Shown here: positions 43,790 through 49,721 of the stretch, piece after piece
Numbering within the stretch: position 1 is the first letter of the stretch
Layout of the letters: each line of letters opens with the position of its first letter
Source: a virus
Taxonomy: Duplodnaviria > Caudoviricetes
Length of the DNA stretch: 49,721 nucleotides
IMG/VR virus record: IMGVR_UViG_3300031452_000170
Coordinates: 1 to 49,721 of that record
Direction: 5' to 3' (one strand)
Made by a program: the position numbers and the translations under genes
Notes under the pieces: model-generated
Databases searched by the model: none
What the model was told of the DNA's origin: nothing
The model's input: the letters and a program-made list of their open reading frames with translations, nothing else

Positions 43790-45409
43790 TTATCGGTTGC
43801 GGAACTGACGTTCGGTAAGGCGACGCTGCGTGGTGCCCGGCAGCACCGGGGAGCGATCCACCGGGCGCGAGCGGTCGGTGCGCAGCCGCCCGGAGCGCTC
43901 GGGCACCAGCAGCTGCGCCTGGCCGCCGGCGCCGAGCAGCAGCTCGGTGACCAGGAACACGACCGCGTCGACGCGGTCCGGCGAGTAGTCCGAGGGCATC
44001 GGCGTCTCGGCGGTCTCGACGTCGGCGGTCGGCTCGGCGGGGGTCTCGGGGTCGCCCTTGTCCTCGCCGGCACCGTCGGCGTTGCGCGGCGGCACCCAGT
44101 GGGTCATCTGGTGCTCAAGGCCCGGGTGGTAGCCGACGTGCTTGACGCGCCCCTGCTCATACAGCGCCACGACCGGCTCGGCGCGCAGCACCTTGCCGCG
44201 TGAGGCGGTGACGAGCTTGAAGTTGACGCGGATGCCGGTGTCGGTGTGCGCGGTCTTCATCACCAGGCGCACCTGCTCGCCCTGGAAGTTGCCCTCGGCG
44301 ATCAGCTGGTCGGCGGCCAGGCGCTCGTAGGCCTCGGCGGCCAGCTTGCCCCACTCCGACGGTTTCATGACCCCGGAGAGGTCCTCGATGATGTAGGCCT
44401 TCTCGTCGGGCCCGCGGAACCCGGCGACGATCCCCACCTCGTCGTTCGTCGTTCCCCACGACGGGTCGACGGCGATCACCAGGCGCTGGCGCTCGGCGGG
44501 CGCGTCCTGCTCCCGGATCCGGCAGGCCTCGAGCTGATCGGAGGTCCACAGCGCACCCTCGACCTCCTCGATCATCTCACCCTGCAGCTCCTGGTACCCG
44601 ACGCGGGTGGAGCCGTAGTCGCGATACAGCGCCGCGCGGATCTGGGCGGGGAGATACGGGTTGTCCGCCGTCGCCCCGTGGGTCATCGATCCGGTCGACT
44701 CCGCCAGCGCGATCAGCTGCCTGACCGTCGGCCGGTTGCGCGGGGTCGTCGAAGCGACGGCGTGCGGTGCCGGGCCGAGCCTGAGCAGGCCGAGGCGGAT
44801 GTGCTTCCAGCAGTCGGCGAGGTAGCGCCACGCGGCGGCTTCCTCCATCCACACAAGGCAGCGGTTCCCGCCCGCTCGCAGGCGCTCGGGCTCCTCGCGG
44901 GTGTAGGCGCCGAACAGGCGGGCCTGGGCGCCGCCGGGCCAGTTGACAAACGTGCCGCCGCGGCGGGTGATCTCGGTGATCGCCGGGTTCAACGGTCGCA
45001 GCCCTGAGGGGCCGTTGACGCAGCTCTCGGAGGCGTCGCCGAGGGTGGGGGCGACGATCGCCATGCGGTGCGGCATCGGGCCGGGCAGGCACGGCGGACC
45101 CATCGCGTGCTGGTGCATGTAGTGCGCGCACGCCTGCGTCTTGCCGGCGCCGCGGCCGCCGAAGAGCAGCCACAGGAACCAGTCGATGCCGGGCTGCCCG
45201 GCGGGGGGCTGCTGGTGGGGCAGAAGCTGCCACGGTGGGCGCTCCGCGTCGACGTCGGGCTTGCCGGCGAGGGCGGGCGGGTCGAACAGGTCGGCGGCGA
45301 TCAGGAACGGGTCGCGGCTGACTGGCGTCGGCGTTGACCGCGCGTAGCGGTTCGGGCCCGACCAGCTCTCACGTGGCGCCGGCGATGAGGGTGAGGTGCT
45401 TGCGGACAA
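43790..45409 (-). CDS. terL: Terminase large subunit
   Basis: Walker A GGRGAGKT, Walker B VWMEE, coupling motif STTP, nuclease IAVDPS...D, SPDRVDA; TTG start with GGAGGT RBS. Confidence 0.95.
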   Translation of the reverse strand: MSASTSPSSPAPRESWSGPNRYARSTPTPVSRDPFLIAADLFDPPALAGKPDVDAERPPWQLLPHQQPPAGQPGIDWFLWLLFGGRGAGKTQACAHYMHQHAMGPPCLPGPMPHRMAIVAPTLGDASESCVNGPSGLRPLNPAITEITRRGGTFVNWPGGAQARLFGAYTREEPERLRAGGNRCLVWMEEAAAWRYLADCWKHIRLGLLRLGPAPHAVASTTPRNRPTVRQLIALAESTGSMTHGATADNPYLPAQIRAALYRDYGSTRVGYQELQGEMIEEVEGALWTSDQLEACRIREQDAPAERQRLVIAVDPSWGTTNDEVGIVAGFRGPDEKAYIIEDLSGVMKPSEWGKLAAEAYERLAADQLIAEGNFQGEQVRLVMKTAHTDTGIRVNFKLVTASRGKVLRAEPVVALYEQGRVKHVGYHPGLEHQMTHWVPPRNADGAGEDKGDPETPAEPTADVETAETPMPSDYSPDRVDAVVFLVTELLLGAGGQAQLLVPERSGRLRTDRSRPVDRSPVLPGTTQRRLTERQFRNR

Positions 45410-45974
45410 CTGACGCCACCTCCGGTCGGTCCTTGACGCCCAGCTCGGCGAGGATCCCCTGGATCGCCTGGGCCAGCAGCATCCCCTGCTGCTCGGCGAC
45501 CCTCACCAGGCGCTCCTCGATCCCGGCCTTCACGGCGGCTAGGGAATAGGACACGAGGCGGTCCATCGCCTGCCGGCGGACAGTGATCCAGATGTGAACA
45601 GCGGCACCGTCCTGGCGAACCTCGCGCACCGTGCCCTCGTCGGACTCGCGCTCAAGCTCGCGGTGCACCGGCGCGACCGCGTCGACCAGGTCCAGCTCCG
45701 CGATCCGCTCCGAGGCGTAGGCGACCTCACCGGCAGCGATGCGAATGCACTCCAGGATCGCGTCCTGAGGCTCGATCGCCAGCGGCATCCCCATCACCTG
45801 CTGCTCGCGCCGGGCCAGCTGCACCATGCCGTTGACCTGGGCGTGCGGCTCAGCGCCGCCATGCAGCTTGCAGCGCCCCACCCCCACGTGCTGGGTGCCC
45901 CAGCCGGCCGGCTGCTGGCACGGGGAGCCCTTGCGGGTCTTGGCGGCGCAGCGCTCGGCACTTGCAGAGGTCAC
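45369..45974 (-). CDS. Putative terminase small subunit
   Basis: CAAKTRKG.PC...GRCKLHGG N-terminus; directly upstream of terL. Confidence 0.75.
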   Translation of the reverse strand: MTSASAERCAAKTRKGSPCQQPAGWGTQHVGVGRCKLHGGAEPHAQVNGMVQLARREQQVMGMPLAIEPQDAILECIRIAAGEVAYASERIAELDLVDAVAPVHRELERESDEGTVREVRQDGAAVHIWITVRRQAMDRLVSYSLAAVKAGIEERLVRVAEQQGMLLAQAIQGILAELGVKDRPEVASVVRKHLTLIAGAT

Positions 45975-46019
45975 GAGGACCCGACCTCCGTCATGGGGGA
46001 TAGGCCGATCACGGGGGCT

Positions 46020-46652
46020 CTAGCCACGAGCCCGGCCGCGCACCTTCTCGCGCAGCTGCTCGTCGCGGACCTCGAGGTACACGGCGGTGGTGCGAATGTC
46101 GGAGTGGCGCATCAGTCTCTGGACCTCGGCGATCGTGAACCCCTCCCCGAGCAGGGCGGTGGCGTAGGAGTGGCGGAGCATGTGCGGCCACACCGGCCGG
46201 TCGATCCCTGCCTTCTCAGCGCGTCGACGCACCATCTTGTAGACGGCGCGGCGGGTGAGCGGCTCGCCGCGCTGGGCTCCGCGCACGCAGACGAACAGGA
46301 ACGGCCGGCCGGCGCCGTAGCTTCGACGGGCCGCCTTCCACCGCCCGAGCAGCGCCAACGTCGGCGAGTCGAGGTAGACGACGGCCTCGCGGTGGCCCTT
46401 GGTGATCTCCGCCCGCAGCCGGATCTCGCCGGCGGACCAGTCGACGTCGCGGAGATGAAGCTCGCAGGTCTCGGTGACCCGCAGCCCGCAGCGGTGCATC
46501 AGCTCGAGCATGCACCGATCCCGCAGGCCGGTGGCGCAGTCGAGGTTGGGCATCGCCATCAGCGCCGCCGCCTCCGGGGCGCTCAGCGTCTTGGGCAGCT
46601 CCCGCCGGCGGCGCGGGCCGTGACCGTTAGAGGGTGCCTTTGCAAAGGCCAT
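46020..46652 (-). CDS. Second tyrosine recombinase, catalytic domain only (XerC/D-C-terminal or FimB/E-like)
   Basis: LPKTLS, GLRV.E, TKG, PHMLRHSYAT, MRHSDIRTTAVY; 210 aa, no N-terminal binding domain. Confidence 0.88.
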   Translation of the reverse strand: MAFAKAPSNGHGPRRRRELPKTLSAPEAAALMAMPNLDCATGLRDRCMLELMHRCGLRVTETCELHLRDVDWSAGEIRLRAEITKGHREAVVYLDSPTLALLGRWKAARRSYGAGRPFLFVCVRGAQRGEPLTRRAVYKMVRRRAEKAGIDRPVWPHMLRHSYATALLGEGFTIAEVQRLMRHSDIRTTAVYLEVRDEQLREKVRGRARG

Positions 46653-46669
46653 ATTCCACCTCGCGAGCG

Positions 46670-46718
46670 CCGCTATAGCGGCTGCAAAATCCAGGGAATG
46701 CACCCGCTATGGCGGCTG
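46670..46718. repeat. Direct repeat CCGCTAT(A/G)GCGGCTG x2, each near-palindromic, upstream of the second recombinase
   Basis: Copies at 46670-46684 and 46704-46718. Confidence 0.7.
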
Positions 46719-47027
46719 TCGCGCCGCCCGGCGGGCAAGTGCGCCCCCTACTCGTCGGCGTGCGAGCCGAACTCCTGCATCATCGCCAAGGCCTCATTGA
46801 GGACATCCCGAGCCTTGGTTGCCGGACTCGAGCTCGGCGGCACGGACCCGCATCGACCGGGCCAGCGCCCGTGCCTTCCCGGGATCGGTGGAACGCTCGG
46901 CCTGGTCCTCGCCGCTGGGCGTTTCGCCGCAGCCGCGGCGCCCGCTCAAGCTCAAGCAGTCGGAAGGGACGCACGGGCATGGGAGAAGCGGGGTCACTCC
47001 CTTGCTTCAACAAAGAGGGCGCCATCT

Positions 47028-47333
47028 CTACCCGGTCCAGTCCTCGGGCAGGGCGTCGGGCATGTCGTCGATCGTCTGGCCGCGCCAGCCGTGCTCGCCG
47101 ACCGGCCGGCACATCCCTTCCGGCAGAACGACCATCGAGACGGGCGGTATCGGCTCGCAGTACATCGCCAGCTCGACGCGGCCGCCGGCGGCAATCTACG
47201 CGCGGTCATCGTCGTCGAGCTCGTAAACCACGCGGACCTGCCCAGGCTCTACGCGCTGGGTCCAGAGGTCGCCGATGCCGGGAGCGGGGCCCGCGTAGAC
47301 GCGGTTCGAGCCGGCGTGGCGGACGGGCTTCAT
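47028..47333 (-). pseudogene. Phage hypothetical gene interrupted by an in-frame TAG at 47198-47196
   Basis: YELDDDDRA*IAAGGRVELAMYCEPIPPVSMVV reads as one continuous protein across the stop. Confidence 0.65.
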
Positions 47334-47698
47334 TTCCGGTCGGGGTCGGGCTGGGTCAGCAGACTCAGCGAGCGGGTGCGCTCGGTGCGCTTCTGGAACT
47401 CCTGTAGGCGATCGCCGAGGAACTCGCGGACCCGGGGCTGGTCGAGGACGAGGCTGCCGCCGCGCCAGCTCCAGCCGATCCGGTCCTTGTAGGCGCCGCG
47501 GCCGGTCTTCTCGAAGTGGGCGAGCAGCACGCCGGCGGCCTCCTCGAGCAGCCCCTTCTGAGCCTCGACCTCGCGCTTGGCCTGCTCCCACTGCTCGGCG
47601 GCCTGGCTGAGCGTCAGCTTGCGCTTCTGCAGGCGCCTGGGCGTGGCGGGCTTGCGGACTGACTTGCCGGGCTCCGCGGTGGTGGCGGTCGCGTTCAT
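47330..47698 (-). CDS. Hypothetical protein
   Basis: ATG 47698; helical N-half, LDQPRVREFL; ATGA overlap. Confidence 0.7.
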   Translation of the reverse strand: MNATATTAEPGKSVRKPATPRRLQKRKLTLSQAAEQWEQAKREVEAQKGLLEEAAGVLLAHFEKTGRGAYKDRIGWSWRGGSLVLDQPRVREFLGDRLQEFQKRTERTRSLSLLTQPDPDRK

Positions 47699-47702
47699 CA
47701 GC

Positions 47703-47975
47703 TCACGCCGCCCGGTCAAGCTGGTCAAGGACGGCGGTGAGGTTCTGGCGAATCGCCGCGCACTCGCGCTCCATCGCCGGGACGGTCGCCTTGAAGTTCG
47801 CGAGGCCGTTCTCAACCACGGTCAGCCGCACCTCCACCGGGCGCAGCCACGCGGCGAGCTGCTCATCGGTGGCAAAGGACAGCTCCCGAGCGATGCGAGC
47901 GGCGTGCTCGCCCTGGTCGGGCTCGCTGGTGGTGAGGGGCAGCTGCTCCTCGGCGGATTGTGCGTGAGCGGGCAT
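47703..47975 (-). CDS. Coiled-coil hypothetical protein
   Basis: GGAAGG RBS before ATG 47975. Confidence 0.6.
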   Translation of the reverse strand: MPAHAQSAEEQLPLTTSEPDQGEHAARIARELSFATDEQLAAWLRPVEVRLTVVENGLANFKATVPAMERECAAIRQNLTAVLDQLDRAA

Positions 47976-48573
47976 CTCAGCCTTCCCTTCCGGATATGCC
48001 AAACATGCGGGCCGAGCCGTCGCACCTGCATAACCTCCACATAACAGTACCGGCGTCCCGGACGTTATCCCTGCTCAGGCGGCGTTCCTTCGCGGTGGGC
48101 GCGGCTCCCACGGCTGTGGGGCGGCGCGGCGAGGCTCAAGCAACACCGGCTCGGGAGCAGGGGCAGGCGGCGGTGGCGCGTGGCCCGGCGCGTGCGGGAG
48201 GCCGTGATCGCGGCCGGTCAGCTGCAGCATGTACTCCGCCAGGCCGAAGCACTCCGGACAGCGACAACCGTTCAACGCCACCCCCATCGGGAGAGTGTTC
48301 AAAGAGCCGCCGCGCGCCCCGTCTCAGGGCGGAAAGCGGCAGCTAGCACCCAGTTTACGATCGGTCAACTAATCAGCCGCCATCGCTTCCATCGCGGCCA
48401 GAGCCTCCCGAGCCTGGCGGCGTGCGGCGAGCTCGTTGCCGGCCACGCCACATTCCGCCCACTCGGGCGCCCAGTCGAGCTGCGCGGTCCACAGCCACTG
48501 GCCGCTGGGCTGCTCGCGCACGGTCAACATCAAAATCCGCCACACCCGCCGCTATAGGACCTGTCCGATTGCA

Positions 48574-48756
48574 TCAGTCGGCGCTCGCCGTGTTTGAGGG
48601 AGCGTTGGCCCACCTTGCGATCAGCTCAAACACCGCCGCGTCCTGCGGAACGATGATCGACTGGTCGCGGAGCACCGCAAGCAGATCCTTTGGTAGGCCG
48701 CAGGTCGGACATGCCTCCGGCTCGGGCGCGCTATCGCTCCTCTCTGGAAGCGTCAT
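48574..48756 (-). CDS. Small hypothetical protein
   Basis: ATGA-coupled chain of small ORFs; CPTCG. Confidence 0.5.
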   Translation of the reverse strand: MTLPERSDSAPEPEACPTCGLPKDLLAVLRDQSIIVPQDAAVFELIARWANAPSNTASAD

Positions 48757-48941
48757 ATCTCGGTCACCGTCGCCATCGCCCCGCGGAACCGGTCGCGCCA
48801 GGCCTCCATCTGCCGATCGGCCTCCTCCTTATCCGCTGTGATGTCGATGCTGTACTCGCCGATGAGCGCTTCCTTGGCATCCCTCCACTCCCTGAGCAGC
48901 TCCTCGAACACCTGGCCAGGCTCGCTGTCGAATTGACTCAT
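48753..48941 (-). CDS. Small acidic hypothetical protein
   Basis: ATG 48941, GAGGTG RBS, ATGA overlaps. Confidence 0.55.
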   Translation of the reverse strand: MSQFDSEPGQVFEELLREWRDAKEALIGEYSIDITADKEEADRQMEAWRDRFRGAMATVTEI

Positions 48942-49105
48942 GAGCGCCACACCTCGACTCCAGCGCATTTCAGCAGCGACTTAGCTATCGCCTCGCGTTG
49001 CTCGATCTTCCTTTCCAGTTCCTGCATAAGAGCTTGTAACCGCTCCAGTCGCTCCTGACGACTTACCACACCCGGCGGACTATCGCTTGGCTCGGAAGGC
49101 GTCAT
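48938..49105 (-). CDS. Small coiled-coil hypothetical protein
   Basis: GGAGGT RBS before ATG 49105. Confidence 0.5.
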   Translation of the reverse strand: MTPSEPSDSPPGVVSRQERLERLQALMQELERKIEQREAIAKSLLKCAGVEVWRS

Positions 49106-49275
49106 CGGACGACCTCCTGGCATCGGTCGCAGGTCGGCACGCCATCGGGAAACGCGGGGTGCGGCTCCAGATGCGTCGCCGGGTTCGTGCAGCGGGCGAA
49201 CCACTCGCACACCACCGACTCCTCTTCGGCCTGGCTGTTACTTTGGTCGCGCTGCGCCTGTGTTAGCTCGTTCAT
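49102..49275 (-). CDS. Small Cys-rich protein (57 aa, not in ORF track)
   Basis: MNELTQAQ...CEWFARCTNPAT...CDRC; GAGGAG RBS; ATGA overlaps. Confidence 0.6.
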   Translation of the reverse strand: MNELTQAQRDQSNSQAEEESVVCEWFARCTNPATHLEPHPAFPDGVPTCDRCQEVVR

Positions 49276-49721
49276 TCCCTCTCCTCCTCAGCCAGCCTGT
49301 ATCCCGTTCTCGGGTCCCGCCCACCCTCAGCACGCAGCTTGCGCACCGTGGTCACCGATGTTCGCTCCTGCCGGGCGACGACGCCGGCGAGCACCCCCTC
49401 GTAGCTCGCGCCCACCCGGTCGCGGAACTCCAGGTGCGTCTCGGCGCCACGCTCGGCGGCGTGCTGGAGGCCGCGCAGCTCCCCCTCGCACCACTTGTTC
49501 GCCCGACGTAGCTGCTCCTCGGAGCCGGCCGCGATCGCGTGGTTGATCCGCTCCCCGCACGCGCCCAGCGTCGAGACCTGCCCGGTGAAGGTCCCCGGCG
49601 GTATCGAGCTTGCCGGCTGGCCGTGGCCGATCTCCGAGCTCTGCGCGGCGGGTGCCTCGGCGACCAGGCGCGCGCGGTTGAGCAGCCGGCGGGACTCCAC
49701 GAGCAGCGCCGGGTTGATCAT
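49272..49721 (-). CDS. Hypothetical protein with possible C-terminal HTH (may be 5'-incomplete)
   Basis: YEGVLAGVVARQERTSVTTVRKLR; at the window edge. Confidence 0.55.
   Translation of the reverse strand: MINPALLVESRRLLNRARLVAEAPAAQSSEIGHGQPASSIPPGTFTGQVSTLGACGERINHAIAAGSEEQLRRANKWCEGELRGLQHAAERGAETHLEFRDRVGASYEGVLAGVVARQERTSVTTVRKLRAEGGRDPRTGYRLAEEERE

Larger units (their letters stand above)
1..49721. mobile_element. Temperate siphovirus-type prophage/phage genome (actinobacterial type), ends not resolved
   Basis: Integrase, excisionase, cI/cro, replication, recombination, lysis, tail, head and terminase modules are all present; no host housekeeping genes; att sites not visible. Confidence 0.95.

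Noticed and set aside
45300-45409. terS-terL frameshift fusion, because terL lacks an ATG/GTG before Walker A
   Set aside because: The TTG at 45409 has a well-spaced GGAGGT RBS, so an ordinary start explains it
47196-47198. Genome-wide amber stop-codon reassignment
   Set aside because: Many genes end properly in TAG, long genes have no internal TAG, and no suppressor tRNA was seen
10511-47492. Long plus-strand ORFs (e.g. 10511-12043, 28569-30464, 30898-32502, 38631-40406, 45594-47492) and Arg/Pro-rich alternate-frame ORFs
   Set aside because: Shadow frames of real minus-strand genes in high-GC DNA; no motifs or RBS
48303-48573. tRNA or structured ncRNA in the ORF-poor gap
   Set aside because: No cloverleaf, T-loop motif or recognisable RNA family by eye; an Infernal/tRNAscan run would be needed

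Overview
The window is a near-complete, very GC-rich temperate siphophage/prophage of actinobacterial type, with almost all genes on the minus strand. Read in the direction of transcription (right to left), the order is: small accessory genes and a second, catalytic-domain-only tyrosine recombinase; terminase; a 1029-aa portal fusion; maturation protease; major capsid protein; head-tail, tail and tape-measure genes; a large lysis region containing an exact 1082-bp tandem duplication; a duplicated small-HTH regulatory cassette; ERF and PD-(D/E)XK recombination genes; a cI/cro switch; replication initiator; excisionase; integrase. Neither att site is visible. The top observation is that the portal ORF looks like a three-part polyprotein: portal, then a 2H-phosphoesterase (two HxT motifs, the fold of the anti-CBASS nuclease Acb1), then a MuF-like domain. 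The 2H domain is bracketed by a duplicated PTPITA(G/A) motif, and similar motifs sit at domain borders of the protease and capsid protein. This suggests a protease-released, virion-packaged enzyme. Other observations: a shared CTAGC-N1/2-GCTAG palindrome over four promoters, a lipobox-bearing glycosyl hydrolase among four predicted hydrolases, a non-canonical -1 tail-chaperone frameshift, domains shared between virion proteins, a two-position-variable 9-bp repeat array, and several decayed genes. All product calls come from motif recognition by eye; no database searches were run.
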